Assembly: GCF_009914755.1 (NCBI RefSeq)
Contig: NC_060947.1
Source of the DNA: the human T2T-CHM13v2.0 reference genome, Homo sapiens
Length of the DNA: 64,000 bases
Reading direction: 5' to 3' (one strand)
Part shown: positions 27,305 through 44,993 of the stretch, in pieces
Numbering within the stretch: the first letter of the stretch is position 1
Layout of the letters: every line of letters starts with the position of its first letter
Translations under genes and position numbers: made by a program
Notes under the pieces: model-generated
Told to the model about the DNA's origin: nothing
The model's input: only the letters and a program-made list of their open reading frames with translations
Database searches by the model: none

Positions 27305-28075
27305 AGAGGGGGTTAAAATTCATACAATATTAAATTCACCATTTAAATCATTTTATAGTGTATAATTCGGTGAGTTTTAGTACACTTACAGTGTTGTTCA
27401 ACCATTACCATTATCTAGTTCCAGAAAATTTTCATCACCCCCAAAGAAAACCTCATATCCATTAAGCAGTCATTCCCCGTTTTTCCCTACCCCCTGCCCC
27501 TGGCAATCAGTAGTCTGTTTTCTGTCTGTATGTATTTGACTGTTCTGGACATTTCATATAAAATAGAAACATGCATGTGGCTGCTTTTACTCAGTGTAAT
27601 GTTTCAAGGTTCATCCATGTTATACCATGTATCAGTACTTCATTCTTTTTATGACTAAATAATATTCCATTGTATGAATATAATACATTTTCTTACCCAT
27701 TTATCAGCTGATGGACATTTGGATTGTTTACACTTTTTGGCTATGATAAGACTGCTATAAACATTTGTGTGCAAGTTTTATTTGGCTACCTGTTTTCAAT
27801 TCTATTGGATATGTATGTAGCAGTGAAATTGCTGAATTATATGATAATTCTATGTTTAATATTTTCAGGAATCAGCAAAATGTGCCACAGCAGCTGCACT
27901 ATTATGCATTTGTATTAGGGAATTCCAATTTATCTATGTTCTTGTTGACCCTTGTTTTCTACAATCTTGACTGTAGGCATTATAGTGGGTTTGAAGTGAT
28001 ATCCCATTGTGGTTTCGATTTGCATTTCTCTAAAGACTAAGGATGTTAATCATCTTATCATGTGCTTTTTGGCCA
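27305..28075 (-). mobile_element. L1MB-class 3' end
   Basis: aaattcaccattt, ttccagaaaattttcatcaccccc, gatggacatttggattgttt and ttgtggtttcgatttgcatttctct. Confidence 0.8.
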
Positions 28076-28249
28076 CAATTTGGTCAGAAAAGCGTAAACA
28101 AGGTTGCAGAGAGAATTGAATATTTACCCCACTCATTTGCAATGAGGCAATGTAAACCAGCGTTCTAGCCAGCCCACATGCTGTACTTCAATAAGGGTAT
28201 TTCTATGATAAAAGAAGATTAAACAGGATCACCAATTTCATTATACTAA

Positions 28250-29235
28250 AAAAATCTCCAGAATAAAATTTAAAATCATCATACCAAGAAACCACAAAAT
28301 CACAAACTGACTGAGAAAAGATAATCAAATGATGCCAAAACCATGAAGATTAAATTTTAAAACTGTTGAACAAGGATTTTAATGCAGCCATCATGCAAAT
28401 ATATCGAAAAGCAATTTTAATCCTTTTGAACTTTGTGTTAGAATCATGCAATGGAATACTATGCAGCAAGACAAAAGAAGGAACTACTAATAAACTCAAC
28501 ATGGTTGAATCTCACAGATAATACTTAATGATGGAAACCATACACACAGGGATACATGCTGTATAATTCCATTTATAAACTTCAAGACCAGACAAAACTA
28601 ATTTATGTTGGTACATGTCAGAAATGTTGTTGGCTCAGGAGTGGTAGCTCCTGACTGGAAAGATAAACAAAAACCAGGGAAAATTGTCTATATATTGAAC
28701 TATGTGGTAGTTAGAGGGGTGTATATCTATATAAAATAAAATTGGTCTGTACAATTAATATTTGTATAGTTTATGAAAAGTACGCCTCAACTGAAAAAGT
28801 GAAGCACAATTGAAAAAACAAGTTAAAAAGATAAAACTACTGATTTTAAAACCAATACATTCCATATATACATATGGGTCAATCATTAGATACAAATACC
28901 TTAATTTTTCTTCTCTTTAAAGCTGTTAAATGCAGAATAGAATGAAATAAAAGTACTATATAAAAACGTCTATAGTAATAAAATTATTACTGGGAGAAAA
29001 TCATTATAATAATGATAAATATGAAAGATACTTCTAAACATTGAATACCCCTAAGTGTTGACAGAGACTTCCTAAGAAATCATTGTAGCAATCTATAATA
29101 CCACCAAGAGTGTACCTTTTCCTACATACCTTAGCTAGGTTAGAATATTAGGTTTACTTTTAATGTTAACAAAATGATTGACAAAAAATAGTTTAACATA
29201 TTTTTGCATATGAATATTAAGACATTTAATGATGA
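28250..29235. mobile_element. Ancient L1M fragments, including a + strand 3' UTR piece at about 28450-28800
   Basis: caatggaatactatgcagc, gaatctcacagataa and ctgtataattccattta. Confidence 0.55.
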
Positions 29236-30231
29236 TTATCATCCCCCTCTATGCATACAACTGTAAAACCTAGGATGTAAGATAGCAAAAAACAAAGGCA
29301 ACTCTGAAAGATGGAAGAGAGAAGGCAGATTGACTAGGGAACCTTGGGACTTAAAGAACATAGTAGTGAATTGGCTCTTTGTTTCCTTATTACCTCCCAA
29401 ATGTCCTGGGCAGTGCACTGCAGAAGCCTCCAACTCAGAAATGCCAACAGGTACAGATAAAAAATAAAGTAAACTAAAAGCTTCAGTAAAACCTATTTCT
29501 CCTGGTCAGGTACTAGTAAAGCATAGCCTAACAACAGAAGATCTTTTTGACAATACCTTCCCTACTCCAGTGAAACACCAATGGAAAAACTGCACTCCTC
29601 TCCAGTGGGGCCAAGCAGGAGGCAGATCATCCACTCCACACACCATGACTTGAAAGCAGCTGCACACTACAATTTTCCCACCTGGTGATGTCAATGGAGC
29701 TGATCTGGAAACTAACCTATGCTCAACTTGGCAAAAGCAAGAAACAGTGTTATTTCTTAGATGGGTGACAGAGGGACTAGCAAGAAGTTGATCTTCCACC
29801 TCCTGGCATGAATTCATCTGCCAGGGTACACTGACAATGAGGCGAAGTATAGAGCTGAGTCGCCATCCCATTTTGGCATGAATAACACTGAACAAGGTGA
29901 AGCAAGTCAGGGGTGGTAAGCGGTTATCCTCCCTACCACTGGTGTCAGTGAAGTCCAGTAGATAGCTGAACATCCACATCCACCTACCAGTGACAAGAGT
30001 GAACAAGGAGGTGCAAAGAAGGGCTAGTTGGCAATCCTGTTCTTCTCCCTGGTGTCAGTGGAGCCCACTGTTGAGCTGAGCTTCCATGTCTCCCCTATGA
30101 AGTAGTGCCCTACTTTTGCTCAGGTGGTGTTGGTAAAGTCAAGATAGACACTAAACATACATGCTCACTTGGGCCTTGCATTATACCTCAACAGGGAGAC
30201 AGACTGCTAAAAAATAAGTTTAAATAGGATA

Positions 30232-31667
30232 CTCCATACACAGAAGAATGAAACTAGAGCCTTATCTCTTGTCATATACAAAAATCAAATCATAAAGGTT
30301 TAAAGACTTAAATCTAAGACCTCAAACTATGAAACCACTAACAGAAAACATTGAGGAAAATCTCCAGGATGTTGGTCTGAGCAAAGATTTCTTGAGCAAT
30401 AACTCAAAAGCACAGACAACCAAAGGAAAAATGGACAAATTGAATCACATCAAGTTAAAAAGCTTCTGCACAGCAAAAGATACAATCAACAAAGTGAAGA
30501 GACAACCCACTGAATGGGAGAAAATATTTGCAAACTACCCATCTGACAAGGGGTTAATCACCACAATATGTAAGTAATCATCTGACAAAGAATTAATAAC
30601 CAGCAAATATAAGCAGCTCAAATAACTCTATATGAAAAAAATTTAATAATCATAAAAACCTGGGTGGAAGTTCTGAATAGATATTTCTCCAAGAGAAGAC
30701 ATAAAAATGGCAAACAGGCATATGAAAAGGTGCTCAGCATCACTGTTCATCAGAGAAATGCAAATCAAAACTACAGTGAGATACAATCTTACCCCAATTA
30801 AGATGGCTTATATCCAAAAGACAGACAATAACAAATGTTGGCAAGGATGTAGAGAAAAGGGTACCCTTGAACACTGTTGATGGGAATGTAAATTAGTACA
30901 AACACTGCAGAGAATGCTTTGGAGGTTTCTCAAAAACAAAACAAAACAAAAAACCCTAAAAATAGAGCTACCATATGACCCAACAATCCCACTGCTGGGT
31001 ATATACCCAAAAAACAAGGGAGTGCAGATCAGCATATCAAAGAGATATCTGCACTCCCTTGTTTGCTGCAATTCTGTTCACAGTAGACAAGATTTGGAAG
31101 CAACCCAAATGTTCATCAACAGATGGATAGAGACAATGTGGTACATACATACAATGGAATACTATTCAGCCATAAAAAGAATGAGATTCAGTCATTTGTA
31201 ACAACATGCATGGAACTGGATATCACTATGTTAAGGGAAATAGACCAGGTACAGAAAGACAAACATTGCATGTCCTCACTTACTTTTGGGATCTAAAAAT
31301 CGAAACAATTGAATTCACAGACATAGACAGTAGAAGGGTGGTTACCAGAGGCTGGGAAGGGTAGTGGAGGGTGGTGGGGAGGTGGGCATAGTTAATGGGT
31401 ACAAAAAATAGTTAGAAAGAATAAGTAGGCCCTACTACTTCATAGCACAACAGGATGACTAGAGTCAATAATGACTTAATTGTACGTTTAAAATAAGTAA
31501 AAGAGTATAATTGGATTGTTTGTAACACAAAGGATAAATGCTTAAGGGGATGGATACCCCATTCTCCATTACATGATTATTATGCAATGATTGCATGCCT
31601 GTATCAAAATATCTCATATACCCCACAAATAGATATACCTACTATGTACCCACAGAATAAAAACAAA
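30232..31667 (+). mobile_element. 5'-truncated L1MA (L1MA1-3 class)
   Basis: ORF2 C-terminal remnants and 3' UTR ending tacctactatgtacccaca. TSD aagtttaaataggata (30216-30231) / aagattaaataggata (31668-31683). Confidence 0.88.
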
Positions 31668-32060
31668 AAGATTAAATAGGATAGATACTTTCATACTATT
31701 GTATGAAGAATGTTCAAAATCCAACTGAAAACCATTCAAATTATATCAAGAACCAGAATAAAACACAAAATGAATAATAATAGAAAATAAAAAGATGCCA
31801 ACATTGAGATGAATCGAATGTTGAAATGATCTGACAAGGATTTTAACATAGTTATCATTAAAATGCTTCAATAAGTAACTAAGAATTATCTTGAAACAAA
31901 AGAAAGATAATCCCAGTAAAGAAATAAAAGTTCTATAATAAGACAGAATAGAAATTTTTGAAATAAAAATGCAATAGTTGAAATAAAAATCTCATTGAAT
32001 GGGCTGAATAGTAGAGGCAAGAAAATAGAGGATAGAATCAGTGAACTTGCAGATGGTTCA

Positions 32061-32389
<329 letters not shown>

Positions 32390-32911
32390 TTACACCATCT
32401 TAACAACAGAGAAAAAATAGACTGAAAAAAAAAATCTAGTGACCTGCAGAACAATAACAAAGAATCCAACATTCATATCACTAAAGTTCAAGTAGGGGAC
32501 AGTGGAACTGAAAACGTATTTAAAGGTATAATATCTGGAAACTACCCAAATTTAGTAAAATATGTAAATCCGTAATTTCAAGAAGCTGAAATGCTTCCAA
32601 ATATGATAAACTCCAGGAAATCTGTACTAGGACACATCATAATTATACTTTTGAAAACTGGAAAGAAAAAAAATTAAAAGCAGCCAAAGAGAATACAATT
32701 AAAATGGCAGAAATTTTTTCATCTGAAAACATGGAGGCCAAAAAGATGTGGGAAATATTTTCCACACACTGAAAGAAAATAATGCTCAGTTGCAAATTCT
32801 ATATCGGGGGAAATAAACATTATGAATTAAGGGAAAATAAAGGCATTCTCAGATGAAGGAAAACTAAAATAATGTGATGCTAGGAAGCCGATCCTTAAAA
32901 AATGGCTGAAG

Positions 32912-32970
32912 CATTATGCAATATACCCATGTAACAAATCTGGACATGTACCCCGTGAATCTAAGATTAT
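32912..32970 (+). mobile_element. Ultra-short (about 59 bp) L1 3'-tip insertion
   Basis: tatgcaatatacccatgtaacaaatctggacatgtaccccgtgaatcta, flanked by aaaaaatggctgaag / aaaagatggctaaag. Confidence 0.75.
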
Positions 32971-33701
32971 AAAAGATGGCTAAAGAAAGTTATCTAAACA
33001 GAAATGAAATGATAGCACAAAAAGGTTTGGAATTTTATAAAGGAAGAAACATTTTAGTAAGTAAAAAAGGGTTAAAATGATGATTAATATTTGATAGTTG
33101 AAGCACAAATTATAACTCCATCTGATGTGGTACTTACTATATGTAGAATAAATACTTAAGCAAATTATATTTTAAAAGTGCATAGGGTAAGGAGATCGAA
33201 ATGAAAGTAAGGTTTTGTCACTTTACATAAGGTGGTAAAATGCTGATACAAGTAAACTGCAATAAGTTACGTATGCATAGTGTTGTACTTAAAGCGTCCA
33301 CCAAGAAAACTAAGCAAAGCACTATACTCTAAAACACTATAAATAAATCAAGATGGAATCCCCAAAAATGTTCAAAATAACTCACAGGAAGTTAAGAAAG
33401 AAGAAGTAGAGAAACAAGAAACAGAGGAAACAAAAAGAAAATAACAACATGGCAGACTTAAGTCAGAACAAAACAATAATTCCTTAAATGTAAAGGGCCT
33501 AAATATACAAATTAAAATAAAGATAATGGCCCATGGATTTTAAAATATAACCTAACAATATGCTGTCAAGAGAAAACTCATTTCAAATGCAATAACAATG
33601 GTAGGTTGGCATGGAAAGGTAAAGATATGGAAAAGATATACCATGCTGTCAATTAAAAAAAAAAAGATATGTGGCGTTATTTCTGAGGGCTCTGTTCTGT
33701 T

Positions 33702-34439
<738 letters not shown>

Positions 34440-34469
34440 CTACAACTATCTGATCTTTGACAAACCTGA

Positions 34470-35534
<1,065 letters not shown>

Positions 35535-36191
35535 ACAATGAGAACACATGGACACAGGAAGGGGAACATCAAACTCTGGGGCCTGTTGTGGGGTCGGGGG
35601 AGGGGGGAGGGATAGCTTTAGGAGATATACCTAATGCTAAATGACGAGTTAATGGGTGCAGCACACCAGCATGGCACATGTATACATATGTAACTAACCT
35701 GCACATTGTACACACGTACGCTAAAACTTAAAGTATAATAATAATAAATAAATAAAGAGCAGATGTTAACTGTGTAATTATTAGATACAGTAGACTTCAG
35801 AGCAAAGAAAATTACTGGTGATGAAGAAAGACTTTACATGATGATAAAAGAACTATTACTTGGAAGATACAATTCTAAATGAGTACACACCAAATAATAG
35901 ACCCTCATAATACATGAAGCAAAAACTGACAGAGCTGAAAGGACAAATAGACAAATAGACAATTATACTTTGGGACTTCAGTACTCTACTCTCAGCTATT
36001 GATAGAAAAACTAAGCAGAAAATCAGCAAGCACATAGAACAGAAGAACACAATGCCAACATGATCAAATTAACATTTATAGAGCACTCCACCCAGCAATA
36101 GCAGAATACACATTTTTTTTTCAAGTGTTTATGAAACAGTCACCATATCCTGGGCCATAAAACAAATCTCAACAAATTTAAAAGAATTACA

Positions 36192-36480
36192 GGCCAAACA
36201 TGGTGGCTCATGCCTGTAATCCCAGCACTTTGGGAGGCAGAGGTAGAAGAATCACTTGAGGCCAGGATCCAGAGACCAGCCTGGGCAACAGAGCAAGGCC
36301 CCATCTCTTAAATAAAATGTATTAGCTGGGAGTGGTGGCACACACGTGTAGTCCCAATTACTAAGGAGGCCGAGGCAGGAGGATGCTTTGAGCCCAGAAG
36401 TTAAGACGCTGCATGAACTATTATCATGCCACTGCAATCCAAACTGGGCAACAGCAGGATGCTATCTCTACAACAAAAAA
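36192..36480 (+). mobile_element. AluJ
   Basis: Diverged dimer with ggaggatgctttgagcccag. TSD-like aaaagaatta / aaaagaacta. Confidence 0.9.
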
Positions 36481-37664
36481 AGAACTATAATCATATATAG
36501 TATGTTCTCTGAACATTATGGAATCAAACTAAACATCAATAACAGAATGACAATGGGAATTCTGCAAATCTTTTGATATCTAGCGAAAATATATCTTAGC
36601 AATCCACTGGATCTAATAAGAAGTCTCAAAGGAAATAAAAAGATAAAACTAAATGAAAATTAAAATACAATGTGTAAAATATGTTATCCACAGCTAAGGC
36701 AAAGATAAGATGGAATTTATAGCACTAAAATGCTTTCAGTAAAAAAGAGGAAAATTCTCAAATGAATAATCTAATTTTCTACCTTAGTAAACTATAAAAA
36801 GACCAAAATAAACCCAAAAGAGCAGAGGGAAGGAAATAAAAACAAGAGCAGGAATCAATGAAATAAAAAATAGGTAAACAACAGAGAAAATCAGTAAAAC
36901 AAAAATCAGATTCCTTAAAAATCAATATAATTTATAATTCCCTAGCAAGACTGACAAAGATTAAAAAGGGAGAAGACATAAATCAATAATATCAGGAAAA
37001 AAATTTGGGATATCAATACAGATCCTGTAGCCATTTAAGGGATAATAAGGGAAGACTATGAAACATTTTATGCTCATAAATTTGATTACTTAGAAGAAAC
37101 AGACCAATTCCTAAAAACACACAAAACAATAAAACTCAATTAAGATGAAATATGCACTCACAATAGTCCCATGAACATTAAATAAACTGTATCTAAAATT
37201 AAAAGACGAGGTTCTGGCACAGCCCTAAAGAATCTGAGTGGCTCTGTGTTGACCAAACCTAGAGGATGCAGTTAGTGCTAGAGGCTGGCCCTGCCTGCCA
37301 AGAGGCTCATTCATGCCTTCTAGGTTTGCTGGGCCCACCTGCCCTCCAGCCACCTTCTTCCCTGTATGTCTTGAGAATCTTTTGAGATTTATTCCCATAG
37401 TAGGTGAAATTCTTCCACGCTACTATAAATGGTGTTTATTCCAGAAAACTTTGAGGAGATAAAAAGTAAAAAATAGGAGCTGGGTAAGATGGCCAACTAG
37501 GCACAGCCAAGTGGAACAGCTGCCACTGAGGGGCCAGTACAACTGGTGCACTTCTAACAGATCTTCAGAGGGAAAGCACTGAGAGTGGACCGCACGAAGA
37601 CACAGACGCTAGGCTGAATGGGGAGGAAGCTGAGAACCCTGCACAGGGCTCCCACTAGGACTCA

Positions 37665-38357
<693 letters not shown>

Positions 38358-38831
38358 TTAGGGGCAGCACTTCAGTTGATGTGGAGCCCAGAGGGTTTGG
38401 TGCGGGAGCATTTGTACTGGATCATGACCAGGGATGTCCATCCCTTTTACGATCGACTTGCTCCCATAGTATACTTTAGCCCTAGAGAAACTGTTGGACC
38501 TGAACTCTGAAGGGTGGGTGGTCTTGCCCATCAAACAAGGCCAGTCCGGCCTGAGCACACCTCAGTCTACAGGCCTCTCCAGGGACCCCAGCCTGGTTGT
38601 GCCTGCTTGTAGTGCAGCCTCTGGTGCCCTGGGGGCCCACATCACAGCTCCTACACTGGCATAATGCAACTCACTGGCAGAGAGCTCCAGAAGAACAGTC
38701 CCTGAAGACATGCACCAACCTGCCCACGCCCTCCCATGATTGCAGTTTTCCTGGGTCCATGACCACCACCCCCCATATTGCCTTGCCAGTGGGTGTACGT
38801 GTAGGTGGATCTTGTATTCCATGCTCAACCA

Positions 38832-38862
38832 GTGTGTGTGTATGTGTGTGTGTGTGTGTGTG
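38832..38862. repeat. (TG)n microsatellite
   Basis: Direct inspection. Confidence 0.9.
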
Positions 38863-41800
38863 CATGGACCCTGCCTTGCCATTGCTGCTGGCCCGAGTGC
38901 ACTCTGCCCCCTCCCTCACCCCCCACCATACCACCGTTGCAGTCAGAACCTTTTTGGGCACAGAGTCCACCAGCCCTGCCCATGCCAATGCCTTACTCCC
39001 GTGCCAACACTGCTGGTGGAGTGAAACTATTCACGGAGAACAGCGGATCCTCCCTCACCCTGAGTGGTCTGGTGAACCCTGAACGTTCACAGAGGGTGCA
39101 CACAGACCTGCGCCTGCCAGCTCCCAGCCCCTATGTTAACACCACCACCACCACCAGTGCATCTGTGCACACAGTCACCAGTGGGAGCTCCCTTGCCCCT
39201 CTGAGCATCCTGCCTCCACTGTTGTGAATGCCTGCATGGAGGCCAGCACCCACTTGCCCCCTGCCACAGCCAACAAGCATGCACCCAGCAGCACTGCTAT
39301 AGCCACTGCTTCTGGCATGTGTGAATAAGGACGGATCCTGCTGCCATTGCCCTATGAAACGCTCTGGCTGGCAACACACATTGCAGTGTAGTAACAAGCA
39401 GTCGAGGAGCACTCAGCCCCCTGCCAGTGCAGTGCATTCCTAACTTTGAGGAGCCGGATAACAGATTTGGGGCCTGATACAAGTCCCCCAGTGTTAGGGG
39501 ATGCAGTCCAGTAGTTGGGAGATGAGCCTTGGCCCCCTAAAATCTTCCAGTAACAAAGTCAGTAAACGTTTGAACCCCACCTTATACTACAATCAAACCC
39601 TCAAGGTCATCAAATAGGATAAAAAAAAAACATCCAAAGGACAGCAACTTCAAAGATTAAAGGAACTTCAACCCATCTGAAAACTCAGAAAGCTAGAATG
39701 CCTTCTTTCCTCCACATGACCACCCTAGTTCTCCAGCAAGGATTCTGAATCAGGCTGAGATGGCTGAAATGAAAGGAATAGAATTCAGAATATAAATAGG
39801 AATGAAGATCATTGAGATGCAAGAGTACATTGAAACCCAAGCCAAGGAAGTTAAGAATCACAATGAAATGATATGGGAACAGACAGACAAAATAGCCAAT
39901 ATAGAAAAGAATGTAACTGACCTGAAAGAGCTGAAGAACACACTACAAGAATTTCATAATGCAATCTCAAGTATTAATAGCAGAATAGACTAAGCTGAGG
40001 AAAGAATCTTAGAGCTTGCAGACTGGCTTTCTGAAATAAAATAGGCAAGAATAGAGAAAGAAGAATAAAAAGGAATGAACAAAACCTCTGAGACATATCG
40101 GATTATGTAAAGAGACCAAATCTGTGACTCATTGTTGTCCCTGAAGGAAACAGGGAGGATGGAAACAACTTGGAAAACATATTTCAGGATATCATCCATG
40201 AGAATTTCCCCCAACCTACCTAGAGAGGCCAACATTCAAATTCAGGAAATGCAGAGAAACCTGGTAAGATACTTCACAAGAAGATTAACCCCAAGTCATA
40301 TAATTATCAAATTTTCCAAGATCTTTATGAAAGAAATCATGTTAAAGGCAGCTAAAGAGAAAGGAGAGGGCACCTACAAAAGGAAGCCCATCAGACTAAG
40401 AGCAGAACTCTCAGCAGAAACCCTACAAGCAAGAAGAAATTGGGGGCCTGTATTCAACATTCTTAAATAAAAGAAATTCTAAACAAGAATTTCATATCTG
40501 GGCAAACCAAGCCTCATAAGCAAAGGAGAAATAAGATCCTTTTCAGACAAGCAAATGCTGAGGAAATGCAGACCCACCTTACAAGAACTGCTAAAGGAAG
40601 CACTAAATATGGAAAGGAACAATCATTACCAGACACTTCAAAAATACACATAGGCAAACAGACTGGTAACACTATAAAGCAACCAAACAAACAGGTCTGC
40701 AGAAAAATCAGCTAACAATCAGCTAACATCATGTGAGGATCAAATCCGCTCTATAAATACTAACCTTGAATGTAAATGAGTTAAATGTCCCCTATTGAAA
40801 GGCACACAGTGGCAAGCTGGATGAAGAAGCAAGACCCAATGTCATGCTGTCTTCAAAAGACCCTTCTCACATACAGTGACACCCATAGGCTCAAAATAAG
40901 GGGATGGAGAAAAATCTATTGGGCAAAGGGAAATCAGAAAAAAGCAGGGGTTACAATCCTAACTTCAGGCAAAACTATTTTAAAGCAACAAAAATCAAAA
41001 AGACAAAGAAGGGCATTACATAATGGTAAAGGGTTCAATTGAACAATAAGAACTAACTATCCTAAATATGTATGTACCCCACACAGGAGCACCCAGATTC
41101 ATAAAGCAAGTTCTTAGAGACCTTCAAAGACACTTAGACTCCCACACAATCATAGTGGGAGACTTCAATACACCACTGACAATATTAGACAGATCATCGA
41201 GGCAAACATTAACAAAGATATTCAGAACCTGAACTCAGCACTGGGTCAAATAGACTTGATAGACATCTACAGAACTCTCCACCCCAAAACAACAGGATAT
41301 ACATTCTTCACACAGCCACATGGCACATACTCTAAAACTGACCACACAATTAGACATAAAATATTTCTCAGCAAATGCAAAAGAACTGAAATCATAACAG
41401 CCACTCTCTTAGACCACAGCACAATGAAATTAGAAACCAAGACTAAGAAAATCACTCAAAACCATACGATTGCATGGAAATTAAACAATGAGCTCCTGAA
41501 TGACTTGTGGGTAAATCATGAAATTAAGGCAGAAATCAAGAAGTTGTAATGAGAACAAAGATACAACATACCAGAATCTCTGGGACACAGCTAAGGCAGC
41601 GTTAAGAGGGAAATTTATAGCACTAAGCACCCACATCAAAAAGTTAGAAAGATCTCAATTTAACAACCTAACATCACAACTAAAGTAACTATAGAACAAG
41701 GAGCAAACCAACCCCAAAGCTAGCAGAAGACAAGAAATAGCCAAAATCAGAGCTGAAATGAAGAAGATTGAGACACGAAAAACCAATAAAAAGATCGATG

Positions 41801-44207
41801 TGTCCAGGAGTTGTCTTTTTGAAAAAAAAAAAAAATAATGGATAGACCACTAGCTACACTAATAAAGAGAAAAGATCCAAATAAACACAAATAAAAAGGA
41901 CAAAGGGGATATTACAACTAACTCCACAGAAATATACATAACCATCAGAGAATATTATTAACACCTCTATGCACACAAAATAAAAATCCTAAAAGAAATT
42001 GATAAATTCCTGGACACATATCCACTGCCAAGACAGAACCAGAAAGAAATTGAATCCCTGAACAGATCAATTACAAGCTCTGTAATTGAAACAGTAATAA
42101 GTAGCTGCCCAGTTAAAGAAAAAAAGCCCAGGACTGGATGGATTCACAGCTGATTTCTACCAGATGTACAAAGAACAGCTGGTACCATTCCTACTGAAAC
42201 TATTTCTAAAAAATGAGGAGGAAAGACTCCTCCCCAACTCATTCTATGAAGCCAGCGTTATACTGATACCAAAACCTGGCAGAGACACAAGAAAAAAGAA
42301 AACCATAGCAATATCTTTGATGAACATCAGTGCAAAAATCCTCAACAAAATACTGGCACACTGAATGCAGCAGCACATCAAAAAGCTAATGCACATGATC
42401 AAGTAGGCTTCATCCCTGGGATGCAAGGTCGTTGCAACATGGGCTCATCAATAAATGTGATTAATCACATAAACAGAACTAAAGACAAAAGCCACATGAT
42501 TATTTCAATGGATATAGAAAAGGCTATCGTTAAATTCAGCACCCCTTCATGTTAAAAACTCTCAATAAACTAGGTATAGAAGGAATCTACCTCAAAATAA
42601 TAAGAGAGATCTATGATAAACCCACAGCCAACATCATATTCAATGGGCAAAAGCTGGAAGGATTAGTCTTGAAAACTGGCACAAAACAAGAACAACCTCT
42701 CTCACCACTCCTACTTAACATAGTATTGGAAGTCTTGGCCAGAATAATCAGTCAAGAGAAAGAAATAAAAGCCACGCAAACAGGAAGAGAGGAAATCAAA
42801 CTATCCCTGTTTTCAAACAACATGAGTCTATATCTTGCCCCCAAAGCTCATTAGCTGATAAACAACTTCAGCAAAGTCTCAGGATTCAAAATCAACATAC
42901 AAAAATCAGTAGCATTCCTATACATCAACAAAAGTCAAGCCAAGAGCCAAATCAGGAATGCAATCCCATTAACAATTGCCACAAAAAGAATAAAATTCCT
43001 AGAAACACAGCTAACAAGGGAGGTGAAAGATCTCTACCACAAGAACTACAAAACACTGCTCAAGGAAATCAGAGATGACATAAATAAATGAAAAAACATT
43101 CCATGCTCATGGATAGGAAGGATCAATAGTGTTAAAAAGGCCATACTGTCCAAAGCAGTTTACAGATTCAATACTATTCCTATCAAACTACCAATGACAT
43201 TCTTCACAGAACTACAGAAAACCATTTTAAAATTAATACAGAAGCATAAAAAAATTCTGAATAGCTAAGGCAATCCTAAGCAAAAAGAACAAATTTGGAG
43301 GCATCACATTACCCAATTTCCAACTATATTACAGGGCTACAGTAACCAATATAGCATGGTACTGGTACAGAAACAGACATATAGACCAATGAAACAAAAG
43401 AGAGAGCCCAGAAATAAGGCCTCACACCTACAACCATATGATATTTGACAAAGCTAACAAAAGCAAGCAATGGGAAATTGACTCTTCATTCAACAAATGG
43501 TGCTGTGATAACTGGCAAGCCATATGCAGAAGATAGAAACTGAACCCTTTCCTTTCACCATATACAAAAATCAACTCAAGATAAAGCCTTAAATGTAAAA
43601 CCCAAAACTATAAAAACCCTGGAAGACAACCTAGGCAATGTCATTCTGGACATAGGAACAGGCAAAGATTTCATGAGGAAGACACCAAAAGCAATTGCAA
43701 CAAAAGCAAAAATTGACAAATGAGACCTAATTAAACTAAAGAGCTTCTGCACAGCAAAGGAAACTATCAACAGAGTGAACAGACAACCTGCAGAATGGGA
43801 GAACATTTTTGCAAACTATGCATCTGACAAAGGTCTAATATCCAGCATCTATAAGGAACTTAAACAAATTTACAAGAAAAATGAACAATCCCATTAAAAA
43901 GTGGACAAAAGACGTGAATACACACTTTTCAAAAGAAAGCATACAGGTGGCCAACAAGGAAGCATATGAACAACTGCTCAACATCACTGATCATTAGAGA
44001 AATGCAAATCAAAACCACAATTAGATACCATCTGACACCAGTCAGAATAGCTATTATTAAAAAGTCAAAAAAATAACATATGCTGGTGTGGTTATACATT
44101 GTTGATGGGAATGTAATTTATTTCAACTATTGTGGAAAACAGTATGGCGATTCCTGAAAGAGCTAAAAACAGAACTGCCAATCGACCCAGTAATCTCATT
44201 ACTGTGT

Positions 44208-44569
44208 TGATATGGTTTGGCTGTGTCCCCCCCCAAATCTCATCTTGAATTGTAGCTCCCATAATTCCCAAGTGTTGTGGGAGGGACCCAGTGGGAGATA
44301 ATTGAATCATGGGGGCTGTTTCCCCTATATTGTTCCCATGGTAGTGAATAAGTCTCATGAGATCTGATGGTTTTATACGGGGAAACCCCTTTCACTTGGT
44401 TCTCATTCTCTCTTGCCTGCCACCATGTAAGATGTGCCTTTTGCCTTCCACAGTGATTGTGAGGCCTCCCCAGCTACATGGAACTGTGAGTTCATTAAAC
44501 CTCTTTTTCTTTATAAATTACCCATTCTTGGGTAGATCTTTATCAGCAGCATGAAAACAGACTAATACA
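44208..44569 (+). mobile_element. THE1C/D-like solo LTR inserted in L1 ORF2
   Basis: tgatatggtttggctgtgtcccc...actaataca. TSD tgtgt / tgggt. Confidence 0.92.
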
Positions 44570-44993
44570 TGGGTATATAACCCAAGGAATATAAATCATT
44601 CTATCATAAAGACAAATGCAGGTGTATGTCCATTGCAGCACTATTCATAGTAGCAAAGACATAGAATCCACCTAAATGTCCCTTAATTCTTTATCCATTA
44701 GACCAGATAAGGAATATGAGGTACATACACACAATGGAATACTATGCAGTCATTAAAAAGACTGAAATCATATCCTTTGCAGAAACACCGATGGAGCTGA
44801 AGGCCGTTATTCTTATCAAACTAACATAGGAACAGAAAACCAAATACCACATGTTCTCACTTATAAGTGGGAGCTAAATGGCGAGAACACATGGACACAT
44901 AGAGGGGAATGACAGACACTAGGGCCTACTGGAGGGTGGAGAATGGGAGGAAGGAGAGATTCAAGAAAAATAACTGATGGGTACTAGGCTTAT

